64,000 bases of DNA from Kiritimatiellales bacterium (GTDB lineage: Bacteria > Verrucomicrobiota > Kiritimatiellia > Kiritimatiellales > Tichowtungiaceae): NCBI GenBank assembly GCA_041656295.1, contig JBBADV010000005.1:98834-162833 (forward strand), in the 5' to 3' direction. Made by a program: the position numbers and the translations under genes. Shown piece after piece: positions 9,615-17,889 of this stretch. Numbering within the stretch: the stretch's first letter is position 1; each line of letters starts with the position of its first letter. The notes under the pieces were generated by a model, which did not search any database, was not told the origin of the DNA, and worked only from the letters and a program-made list of their open reading frames with translations.

Positions 9615-9779
9615 ACGGTAATCGCTGAATCCCGGAACACCGATACTGCCTTCCCAGCCGGCAGGTGTATTCCACGGCATATCGGAGTGTTCGCGCGGCA
9701 TGCCGTCATCATACGTCGTTGTTGCGCAACCGGCGCACAGCAATGAAACCAGAATGGTTAGCCAGACAATAATTTTCAT
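9612..9779 (-). CDS. Small lipoprotein (55 aa)
   Basis: ORF trimmed to MKIIVWLTILVSLLCAGC, a lipobox (LCAGC) signal peptide. Confidence 0.5.
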   Translation of the reverse strand: MKIIVWLTILVSLLCAGCATTTYDDGMPREHSDMPWNTPAGWEGSIGVPGFSDYR

Positions 9780-9909
9780 ACCGCTGTTATCCTCTTTTTC
9801 ACGGGGAAAGAAAATCAAAATTGCTGAACAGGATAATGAGAACAGCTTGCATGAGTTCATTCCCGCCGAAAAATTTTCTTTGGCGTCCTGACGGTAAAAC
9901 CTCTTTTTT

Positions 9910-10054
9910 CTTCGCGTCTCTGCGTGCAGGGTTTTTCACACCCATCCATTTTCATTAAAATTTCGGCGGATAGGTCGGCCGCGCCTGCAAACAAATTGTA
10001 GCCGCGGGCGTTGACCGCGGTTCCGGTGCGGCAAATTAAACAGAAAATGCTCTA
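9910..10054 (+). repeat. Partial (right-half-like) copy of the modular foldback element
   Basis: Ends in AAATTAAACAGAAAATGCTCTA, which resembles the conserved right terminus TTAATTTAAAATGCTCTA. It contains a TTCGCGTCTCTGCGTGCAGGGTTTTT word block. Confidence 0.35.
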
Positions 10055-10268
10055 ACAAATGGTGGAACGGGCGCTCCGCGCACGTTCAAAATGCGCCGCC
10101 GGCCGCATTGTATTTTTCCGGTGCGTTCCGGGGCAAAGCGTCTGCGCCGGTGTTTTTCTTTTCTGCTGCAAACGATTTATTTGTATGAGACGCGATGAGG
10201 ACAGCGCACCTAATTTTCTATCATTCCATTATTTCAATCTTCCCGGTTTCCAATTATATTCGTCAGAT

Positions 10269-11885
10269 ATGAAGAGGGGCTGGTGGATTTCTTTGACGAT
10301 TATGGCGGTGGTGCTGAGTCTGCTGCTGAGCGCGGCAAATCTTTTTCTTGGCAATCTGAATCAGGACGAGGGCTGGTATCTGTATGCCGCACGATTGGTG
10401 AGTGAAGGCCGGGTGCTGTACCGCGATTTTATGTTCACACAGGGTCCGGCACTGCCGGCGGTGTACGGAATTTTCACACCGGTCATTCATCTGCTTGGCG
10501 TTGCCGGCGGACGTTTGATCACAGCGCTGTTCGGGCTTGCCGCCGCCGGCTGTGCCGCGTGGCTGGCAGCGCGTGCCGTTTCAACCCGCCGGCACGCGGC
10601 GGCGCTGTGTGCGTTTATACTCACCGGTGTGAATGTATATCAGAGTTATTTTTCGACAATTGTTAAAACGTATGCGCTCTGCGCGTTTTTTATTACCGCC
10701 GGTTTTGCGGTGCTGAGCTATGCGGCAGCGCGGCGCGGGATTGTGGCGGCATTTTTCTCCGGCATCCTGCTGGCACTGGCAGCGTGTACACGGCTCTCCG
10801 CCGGAATATTGCTGCCGGTCGCCGGAATCTGGCTGATTTTAAACCGCCGGAAAATCGCTGCAGGATCGTGGGCTGCGTTCGGCAGCGGCGGCGGACTGAT
10901 GCTGCTCGCCGGGCTGGGAATATTTTTTCTGCTCGCGCCGGAAAATACGCACTTTGCGCTGTTCGGTTATCACGCCGGCCGGTCGCCCGGCGGACTGATG
11001 CCGCTGCTTGCACTAAAGGCCGGATTCATTTCACGTTTCGTGCAGGCCTATTTTGTTTTTGCCGGCGGCGTCATGCTGACCTTCTTTTTTCAGAACCAGT
11101 CGCCGCGCCGGCGCGAGCTTGAAAAGCTCGGCGCAAATCAAATGCCGCGTGTAACGGATATGATCAAGCAGGCCTATCAGAAAGAAACTCCGTTCACGCA
11201 CAGTTTTATTTCGCTGCTCTGGATTTCCGGCGCGGCGGTTACATTGGTTCATTTCGCGGCGCCGTTCCCGTATGACGATTATCAGGTGATCATTTTTCCG
11301 CTGCTCGCTGCCGCGCTGGCCGCAACTCTGCTGCCGTTCTGCCCCGAAAAATATCTGCTGCGTACGCTGGCGCTGCTTCTGCTGGTGAATGCCGCCGCGG
11401 CATGTTCGTCGCCGGTAAATCAGGAGTGGCTGGTCAGCGGCCGCGATCGCATCTGGTGGAAGTTTAAAGAGACGCCGGATTTAATAACACTGCGGCGCGC
11501 CGGAAATCAACTCCGTGAAAAGCTCGCCGGGACTCAACTGCTGTTAACGCAGGACATCTATCTCGCGGTTGAAACCGGTGCAACGGTTCCGCATGGCATG
11601 GAAATGGGACCGTTCTGTTACTATCCGGAGCTGCCGCGCCGGCGCGCCGAAAAGCTGAACCTGCTCAACACTGAAATGCTGATAGAAATTCTGCTCGAAG
11701 CCGCCGCGCCGGTTGCTGCGTTCAGCGGTTACGGACTCTCCATTGCATCGCCGGAAATTGCCGAACTGCCGCCGGAAATCCGGCGCACACTGCAGGTCGC
11801 ACTGGAAGTGAATTACGACACGGTTGAAGAAATTGAAAATTTCGGACAGGCGCATACCACGCTCAAAATTTATGAGAGAAAATGA
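10269..11885 (+). CDS. ArnT/PMT-like polyprenyl-phosphate-sugar-dependent glycosyltransferase (GT39/GT83-like), polytopic membrane protein
   Basis: ORF trimmed to MKRGWWISL. Has the N-terminal loop motif NQDEGWYLYAAR...GRVLYRDF and more than 10 hydrophobic helices. Paired with a GT2 polyprenyl-phosphate sugar synthase-like gene downstream. Confidence 0.7.
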   Translation: MKRGWWISLTIMAVVLSLLLSAANLFLGNLNQDEGWYLYAARLVSEGRVLYRDFMFTQGPALPAVYGIFTPVIHLLGVAGGRLITALFGLAAAGCAAWLAARAVSTRRHAAALCAFILTGVNVYQSYFSTIVKTYALCAFFITAGFAVLSYAAARRGIVAAFFSGILLALAACTRLSAGILLPVAGIWLILNRRKIAAGSWAAFGSGGGLMLLAGLGIFFLLAPENTHFALFGYHAGRSPGGLMPLLALKAGFISRFVQAYFVFAGGVMLTFFFQNQSPRRRELEKLGANQMPRVTDMIKQAYQKETPFTHSFISLLWISGAAVTLVHFAAPFPYDDYQVIIFPLLAAALAATLLPFCPEKYLLRTLALLLLVNAAAACSSPVNQEWLVSGRDRIWWKFKETPDLITLRRAGNQLREKLAGTQLLLTQDIYLAVETGATVPHGMEMGPFCYYPELPRRRAEKLNLLNTEMLIEILLEAAAPVAAFSGYGLSIASPEIAELPPEIRRTLQVALEVNYDTVEEIENFGQAHTTLKIYERK

Positions 11886-11902
11886 AAATCATCAAAATTT
11901 TT

Positions 11903-11961
11903 CCCACGAATATCACGAACCCAGCCCTTTCTTATTCGTAAAAATTCGTGATATTCGCGGG
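11903..11961. repeat. Intergenic hairpin built from a tandem word (CACGAA-TAT-CACGAA)
   Basis: 17-nt arms CCCACGAATATCACGAA (11903-11919) and TTCGTGATATTCGCGGG (11945-11961), 16/17 complementary, with a 25-nt loop. Confidence 0.85.
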
Positions 11962-11975
11962 CGGTTAAATAAAAA

Positions 11976-12746
11976 ATGAAATTATCCATCGTTATACCGG
12001 CACACAATGAAGAACAGCGGCTGCCGCCGATGCTGGAGGCCTATGGACAATATTTTTCTGAAAAATATCCCGGTGATGCAGAGCTGATCGTAGTGTCTAA
12101 TTTTTCTTCCGACCGCACGGCGGATATCGCGCGTGAATTTGCAGTGCGGTTTCCAGTCATCCGCGTAATCGACGAAAAAGAGCGTATCGGCAAAGGCGGA
12201 GCGGTGATGCTTGGCTCGCGTGCCGCCGTCGGGGAATTCATCGGATTTGTTGACGCCGACGGCGCCACGCCGCCGGCGGCTTTTGACGACCTGGTAAACC
12301 ACATTGAATCATGCGACTGCGTGATTGCTTCGCGCTGGATGAAAGGATCGGTCGTCAGTCCGCAACAACCGCTGTCGCGCCGGTTTGCGTCGCGCTGTTT
12401 TAATTTTACGGTACGCATTTTATTTGGACTCAAACTTCACGATACGCAGTGCGGTGCAAAACTTTTCCGGCGCGAGATTATTTTTTTAACGATCGATCAG
12501 CTCGGCGTGACAAGCTGGGCGTTTGATGTGGACATGCTGTTTCAGGCGAAACGCGCCGGTGCGCGAATCTGTGAAATTCCGACGGAATGGCATGATATTG
12601 CCGGGTCAAAAATCCGTGTTGTACATTCCTCCATCGAGATGCTGCTTGCACTTGGACGGCTGCGACTGTTTTATTCGCCGTTCCGGTTTATCATTCCGCC
12701 GCTTTCAAAAGCGCTCAGTTTTGTTTATCCGCACCACTTGCGGTAA
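11976..12746 (+). CDS. Family 2 glycosyltransferase (dolichyl/polyprenyl-phosphate sugar synthase-like)
   Basis: N-terminal LSIVIPAHNEE, a DADG (DxD-type) motif and the typical GT2 Rossmann layout. Confidence 0.85.
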   Translation: MKLSIVIPAHNEEQRLPPMLEAYGQYFSEKYPGDAELIVVSNFSSDRTADIAREFAVRFPVIRVIDEKERIGKGGAVMLGSRAAVGEFIGFVDADGATPPAAFDDLVNHIESCDCVIASRWMKGSVVSPQQPLSRRFASRCFNFTVRILFGLKLHDTQCGAKLFRREIIFLTIDQLGVTSWAFDVDMLFQAKRAGARICEIPTEWHDIAGSKIRVVHSSIEMLLALGRLRLFYSPFRFIIPPLSKALSFVYPHHLR

Positions 12747-12801
12747 ACAAAAACGGCGCACCGAAGTGCGCCGTTTCCGCTTGTGCGAGAGCTGCCGGTG
12801 T

Positions 12802-13128
12802 TTACCAGCGTTCGCTGCGTTCACCGCGGTCACGTCCGCCGCCGCCGAAGCCGCGCCCTCCGCCACCGCTGCGGCGTTCGCCCTGCGGTTTTGGTTGCGA
12901 TTCATTTACGCGAATCGAACGGCCCATAAAATCAGCGCCGTTCAATGCATCGATTGCGGCCTTGCCTTCGCTCTGTTCCGGCATTTCAACAAAACCGAAT
13001 CCTTTGGAGCGTCCCGACATACGGTCGAGAATCACACGCGCCGAAGCGACCTTGCCATGCTGCTCAAACAGTTCCTGAAGATCAGGGTCTGTCGCGGCAT
13101 ACGGCAGATTTCCTACATAGATATCCAT
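12802..13128 (-). CDS. RRM-type RNA-binding protein with an RGG tail
   Basis: RNP2 (IYVGNL) and RNP1 (KGFGFVEM) motifs, a Gly/Arg-rich C-terminus and an AAGGAA RBS. Confidence 0.9.
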   Translation of the reverse strand: MDIYVGNLPYAATDPDLQELFEQHGKVASARVILDRMSGRSKGFGFVEMPEQSEGKAAIDALNGADFMGRSIRVNESQPKPQGERRSGGGGRGFGGGGRDRGERSERW

Positions 13129-13376
13129 CCGTCATTTCCTTCTTACTGTGTCATAATCTAAACAACCAATTCCAACCCACGACACCGGGTTTATGAACCG
13201 ATACAACGCCTTTTTCGGCGAACGCAACGGGGACACTGCCACACCGTATTAAAAAAAGAAACTGTTATTTATAGAAATAGACAAAGAAATAAACGGGAAA
13301 AATTCTGAAAACAGAAGCAGGATAAAGGGCTGTTTTAGCCGGCTCAAATAACTTGCAATGGAACAGATTACGCTTT

Positions 13377-13691
13377 TAGAGCGTATTCAGAAAAATTATA
13401 GCCACAAAAAACACAAAAAATAAAAATTGATCCGCAGATGACGCAGATAAGCGCAGATGTTTAAACCACGGGATACACAAAACACACGGAAGTTTTGCAG
13501 AAGAGGGATTAGCAGAGCGGCAGAGTAGTAGACGCGGCGCCCTCGCCGCGTTCCGTGTTCAGGGTTTTCTGTGTACAGTTGAGAGTTGAAAAATTCTCAG
13601 TGCGCTCTGCGGTTTATCAATCAGTTCGGTCCATAATTATTTGGTGATTTTTGCGCGTTTTTGCGGCTATACATGAATTTAAAATGCTCTA
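13377..13691 (+). repeat. Modular foldback (MITE-like) element, copy 1
   Basis: Termini TAGAGCGTATTCAGAAAAATTATAGCCACAAAAA and TTTTTGCGGCTATACATGAATTTAAAATGCTCTA form imperfect inverted repeats of about 45 nt. A central perfect palindrome ACGCGGCG-CCCT-CGCCGCGT sits at 13532-13551, about 8 nt right of the geometric centre. Confidence 0.85.
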
Positions 13692-13882
13692 GCAATCCGG
13701 CAGTTTGGCCGCGCTGAATTTTCTGCTCAGGCGCAAGATCCATCAGAACGATAAAGATAAACATTCCAGTTCATGCAACCGGTATCACCGGTAAATTTCC
13801 GATTTCAGTTTTGTTGCACCGGCAGCATAAATTATAAGTCAACCGGTGCAAAAAATCCGGGCGCTGCTATCGAAAAAACCAT

Positions 13883-13911
13883 AAAAAAAGGACAGCGGCT
13901 GCCCGCTGTCC
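13883..13911 (-). terminator. Rho-independent terminator of the LRR gene
   Basis: 9-bp stem GGACAGCGG/CCGCTGTCC with a 4-nt loop, followed by U7 on the minus strand, 26 nt after the stop codon. Confidence 0.75.
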
Positions 13912-13936
13912 TTCGATTCAAAATATCCGTGCCTGC

Positions 13937-15835
13937 TTACAGCAGCTCAAGATATTCGACTTTATAGAACCGGTGCGGTTTCGCGACAGCATCCGGATCG
14001 TCGAACTCGCCGTAGCCGAAGGAGTAGAGAACATCCACAGTCTGCAGCAACGTCCATTCCGTGTCGTTTAGCGTTTCCTTGTAGCTGACAACCGCCCTGA
14101 AATCGGGGAACTCATCATCGCACGCCATCAGTCCCGGTCGTCCAGACGGAGAGGTGGTGACGTCTGATCCGGTCACATCAAAGTAGAACGTGCCGTCGCC
14201 GGCGCCTCCGAGACTGTCGGGGATAATTTTTGCCGTCAGCAGAACTGTCATAGCTTCCGGATGACGCTGAGTATCCACAAAATCATCCCAGCCGGATGCT
14301 CCCGGCAGGTAATAGATGGTTTTACAGCTATCCATAACCTCTCCGATGCCGGCAGGCGCATTGCCTCTGAACAACACGTAGGTAATATCATTGTTGTTTA
14401 AAAATGCATCGGCGCCGATTTCGGTAACACTTGCCGGGAGCGTCAGGCGGCCGCTTAATCCGCTGTTTTCAAATGCGGACTGTCCGATGCTCTGGACGCC
14501 GTCCGGAATTGCAAAATTCTGCAGCCCCGTGCTGCCGTAGAACGCATAATCTCCGATTGATTCGAGTTCAACGGGCTCTGCAAATGTTACGGCCGTCAGT
14601 GTTGTCAGATTGCTGAACACACCGGTTCCAATCGAAAGCAGGCCGCTCGGCAGATGAACATCCGTCACCGCCGCGGAAATATTTCCGCCGGCAAATGCCC
14701 CGCTGTCTATCGCACACACCGGCAGTCCGTTAATTTCATCCGGAACGGAGACAGACGTATTGGTGCCGAGATATTTTGTAATGACAATCTGATCCAGCGC
14801 ATTGGTGTACCATTCATACTCGGCCGGCAGGTCAAGTTCCGGATTTTCCGGGAACAGACCGCCGGTACCGAACCCGGCCACATCAGCGAATTTGCCGGAT
14901 CCTAAGGCAGTGACATTGATTGTACGCGCAAAAACTCTTCCTCTGAAATCCAGCCCGCCGCCGGCGAAAGACACCGGGGACTCGGGAGCACAAATTCCGC
15001 CGAGGAAAATCCCGTGTGTTTCTAATGTGACATTGCCGCGGGCATAAAGCGTTCCGGTATACTGCAGCTCTTCACCATCATAGATTCCAAGAATCCGGGA
15101 ACCGGTTAATTTTACAGCTCTGGCTGACGGAGAGTAAATCACTCCGGAAACAGCGCCATTCACGATCGTCGCCGGCTCGGTGCTTTCGCCGAAATAAACA
15201 ACGGCCTGATCACTGCTTCCACCCCCGTTAATCGTGATGCCTCTTGAACCGGAAGTGATATCCGTGATGAAAAACCAGGCACTGCCGCCGCCGGTAACGT
15301 TAATTGTAAACTCTTGGAAACTGAATGTATCAATCCTGACTTTTACGACTGTTCCCGGAGCTGCCTGTACCTCCATTCTGGTGCTGGAGGATGCGGTCAA
15401 CTGTTGAATATGAGTATCTGAATCAATCAGATACGGATTTGCCTGATACTGCCAGCCGAGCGTAACCGAAGGAATCACGGTGGCAAAATTATTCGCAAAT
15501 GGAATCACCGGCAGTTCGGTGTAAGGCACCGTAAGGCCGGCATTTGTAACCACCCGTCCATTTCCCACAGTATAATAGTTCAGAGGATTCGCCAGATAAG
15601 CGCCCTCGTTCAGATAGAGCGTACCTGATTTAAACGTCTCCGCCCATTGGGGCATCTGCAACGGACCCTGGTTTACAATAATATTTCCCTCAATGTTGTG
15701 ATACCCGATCGTCACCCCTTCTTTGGCGTAAAACAGATAGTTGTCGGTCTGTTCCGCATGTGCACAGAATCCGCCCGCCGTCAGCACGGCAGCGATCAGT
15801 AATCTTTGAATATGCCTGCTATGTGTTGTTTTCAT
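13937..15835 (-). CDS. Secreted protein with BspA-type leucine-rich repeats
   Basis: ORF trimmed to the ATG at 15835 (MKTTHSRH, AAGGA RBS) with a signal peptide ending CAHA. The central region carries LRR_5-like repeats (IGxxAFxxCxxL pattern: SIGTGVFSNLTTL, SIGDYAFYGSTGL, SIGQSAFENSGL, EIGADAF). Confidence 0.75.
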   Translation of the reverse strand: MKTTHSRHIQRLLIAAVLTAGGFCAHAEQTDNYLFYAKEGVTIGYHNIEGNIIVNQGPLQMPQWAETFKSGTLYLNEGAYLANPLNYYTVGNGRVVTNAGLTVPYTELPVIPFANNFATVIPSVTLGWQYQANPYLIDSDTHIQQLTASSSTRMEVQAAPGTVVKVRIDTFSFQEFTINVTGGGSAWFFITDITSGSRGITINGGGSSDQAVVYFGESTEPATIVNGAVSGVIYSPSARAVKLTGSRILGIYDGEELQYTGTLYARGNVTLETHGIFLGGICAPESPVSFAGGGLDFRGRVFARTINVTALGSGKFADVAGFGTGGLFPENPELDLPAEYEWYTNALDQIVITKYLGTNTSVSVPDEINGLPVCAIDSGAFAGGNISAAVTDVHLPSGLLSIGTGVFSNLTTLTAVTFAEPVELESIGDYAFYGSTGLQNFAIPDGVQSIGQSAFENSGLSGRLTLPASVTEIGADAFLNNNDITYVLFRGNAPAGIGEVMDSCKTIYYLPGASGWDDFVDTQRHPEAMTVLLTAKIIPDSLGGAGDGTFYFDVTGSDVTTSPSGRPGLMACDDEFPDFRAVVSYKETLNDTEWTLLQTVDVLYSFGYGEFDDPDAVAKPHRFYKVEYLELL

Positions 15836-15977
15836 TATCGTATTCCTTTTCACTCCGGACTGTAGGGTTCACCCCTACGGGTTCGTTCGTAATTTCTCTA
15901 TTGAAAAGCCAACGATATTGTCCTTTTTATCCTGTACGTCAAGAGGAAAATAAACTTTTTTTTAATTAAAAAAAACC

Positions 15978-16009
15978 GGTAGATTGTAAACCCAAGTGTC
16001 CGGTTGGAG
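15978..16009 (+). repeat. 33-nt shared upstream motif (GGTAGATTGTAAA-N5-GTGTCCGGTTGGA), copy A
   Basis: The same motif occurs reverse-complemented at 21345-21385. Its 3' 16 nt recur as a direct repeat at 16668-16683. Confidence 0.7.
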
Positions 16010-16321
16010 GCGGAGAAATTCCATGCCAGAATGAACCTTTCTTCATTCACCGAAAACAAAGGAAAGGAACACCGGCATGGAACAGAACGCGTGTGATACA
16101 AGCCATTTCTGAAACGGTACAGCCTGCGAAGTAGACTCATCGGCTGCATGCGGACTCCAACACCCGGCACAACCGTCGCTACCAGTGGTTCGGGAAAAGA
16201 AAATCTTGGCGTTACTGCCCATCGACTCAGAGCATGCCGGCGGAAAACGTGTGGCGGGTGTGCCATTCCTTTCATCGGAACGCTGCCGGATACACGCAAA
16301 ATTGGCTGCTGCTTGAACGTT

Positions 16322-16668
16322 TAGAGCGTATTCAGAAAAATTTAGCCGCAAAATAAACAAAGGTGTAATGCACCGCAGGCATCCTTACCTGCCTTGGGAA
16401 ATCCGCAGATGACGCAGATGAACGCAAATGTTAAAATCACGATTCGAAACGAAGTGAAGACTTGAAGAGCGGCTTTCTGAAAGAAAGCAGCGAAAGCGAC
16501 AAAGGCTCGCCAAAGGCGGGCGGTGAAAACGGCAAACACACCGAATACACGGATTTTTTTGCAAAAAGGCAATGAAGTGCTGCATGCGTGTTCATGCGTG
16601 GTTTATCAATCATTCGGCCCATAATTATTTTGCGATTTTTGCGGCTTTTTTTAATTTAAAATGCTCTA
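16322..16668 (+). repeat. Modular foldback element, copy 2
   Basis: Same termini as copy 1. The interior is mosaic: it shares the GCAGGCA..CCTGCCTTGGGAAATCCGC module with copy 3 but has a different core. Confidence 0.8.
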
Positions 16669-16741
16669 AGTGTCCGGTTGGAGTTTTTTGATTCATGCTG
16701 CTGCTTTCTATGGAACCGTTCTGCAGCGGTTTCAAAATTTA

Positions 16742-17457
16742 AGGGGCTGTAGTAGATAAGCTTGAATGCTAAGCTTGTCGAATGAAGATAACTCGTTGTA
16801 AGTTATTAAGAAAACAGCAGTTAAGACTGCTCGACTATTTTGTTCTGGAAGTGACAGCCCGATCGGCAGCGGATTTACTGGGAATACAGCCCAACAGTGC
16901 GGCCCTGTTTTACCGCAAACTGCGTGAGGTGATTGCGCATCACCTTGAGCAAAAAGAACATGAAGTGTTCGATGGAGCGGTTGAATTGGATGAGAGTTGT
17001 TTCGGTGGTGTCCGCAAGGGTAAGCGCGGTCGAGGAGCTGCTGGCAAGGTCGCTGTCTTTGGCATCTTAAAACGCGGTGGCAAGGTCTACACCAAGATCG
17101 TGAAGGACACCAGGACGGAAACGCTGATGCCATTGATCTCCAGGAAAACAGCGCCAGACAGCCTGGTGTATACCGATTGTTATCGAAGCTGCAATGCCTT
17201 GGACGTGAGTGATTTTTACCATGAAAGGATCAATCACTCGGCGCTATTTGCAAAGGGCAAGAACCGCATCAATGGCATTGAGAACTTTTGGAATCAGGCC
17301 AAGCGTGTGCTGAGAAAATACAATGGAATTCCGAAAGAGTCGTGCCCGCTATTCCTCAAGGAATGCGAGTTCAGATTCAATTGCGGAAGCCCTAAGCAAC
17401 AATTGAAAACACTTAAGGAGTGGGCTGATATTTAGTGCTTATCTACTACAGCCCCTA
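16742..17457 (+). mobile_element. IS1595-family insertion sequence (copy 1, distinct species)
   Basis: Perfect 20-bp terminal inverted repeats AGGGGCTGTAGTAGATAAGC (16742-16761 and 17437-17456). Flanked by an AATTTAA direct duplication (16736-16742 and 17457-17463). Confidence 0.85.
16782..17435 (+). CDS. IS1595-family (ISXO2-like DDE) transposase
   Basis: 217 aa with motifs ELDESCFGG..KGKRGRGAAGK..VFGILKRGGKVY, YTD and INGIENFW, characteristic of DDE_Tnp_IS1595. Confidence 0.85.
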   Translation: MKITRCKLLRKQQLRLLDYFVLEVTARSAADLLGIQPNSAALFYRKLREVIAHHLEQKEHEVFDGAVELDESCFGGVRKGKRGRGAAGKVAVFGILKRGGKVYTKIVKDTRTETLMPLISRKTAPDSLVYTDCYRSCNALDVSDFYHERINHSALFAKGKNRINGIENFWNQAKRVLRKYNGIPKESCPLFLKECEFRFNCGSPKQQLKTLKEWADI

Positions 17458-17459
17458 AT

Positions 17460-17865
17460 TTAATATTTTACGCGGGCAGGAGTTGAGCCATGTTTTGATG
17501 TCGGGCATTTCAGGCCAAATACTGTTCCGACGCGATCAACAATTACAGCCACTGCGCCGACGTCATAAAAATAAATTTTGTTAACCGTTGTCCCGTGAAC
17601 TTTTGTTTCTGCTTCGGCGGGCTTGATGAATGCTGCAATGCTTTTTTCTTTCACAACGGCGCTCAGTTTTGCAACGTTAATAATCCGAATAATAATATCC
17701 AGATCGCGATGTTCGCGATGATGGTGTTCGAGTTCCAATATCAAAAGAGGCCGTCGCAAATCCGTTTTCAACCACGCGCTCAAATTTCAGATGATAACCG
17801 TGTGCCGGCAGACTGCTGATCATTTCGCACAACACATTTCCCGGCAGGCCGGCATTTAACAGCAC
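17460..17865 (-). pseudogene. larC: larC (nickel-pincer cofactor nickel insertase) remnant: frameshifted N-terminal third only
   Basis: Two overlapping ORFs in different frames give LLNAGLP..GYHLKFERVVENGFATASFDI and LELEHHHREHRDLDIIIRII..VKEKSIAAF..AEAETKVHG....YFYDVGAVAVIVDRVG. These match the LarC/DUF111 N-terminal domain. The first ~15 codons are degraded and the rest of the gene is missing beside the IS. Confidence 0.65.
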
Positions 17866-17889
17866 GCTGATAAACGTATTTCCGTATTC

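Noticed and set aside
9191-9712. A 173-aa minus-strand ORF between the protease and lipoprotein genes, and ORF 4914..5273.
   Set aside because: No RBS, no motif, and implausible Cys/Arg-rich composition. They overlap better-supported features or lie in promoter regions.
12523-13161. A 212-aa plus-strand ORF overlapping the GT2 gene end and the RRM gene.
   Set aside because: It is antisense to a well-supported RRM protein gene, has an Arg/Cys/Ser-rich composition typical of wrong-frame GC-rich translation, and shows no motif.
16010-16321. The 312-bp unassigned segment, considered as the missing larC C-terminus or as a known structured RNA (RNase P, tmRNA, SRP, group II intron domain V).
   Set aside because: None of the three minus-strand frames resembles LarC. 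I found none of the conserved blocks of those RNAs by eye. It is left unassigned, and cmscan would be decisive.
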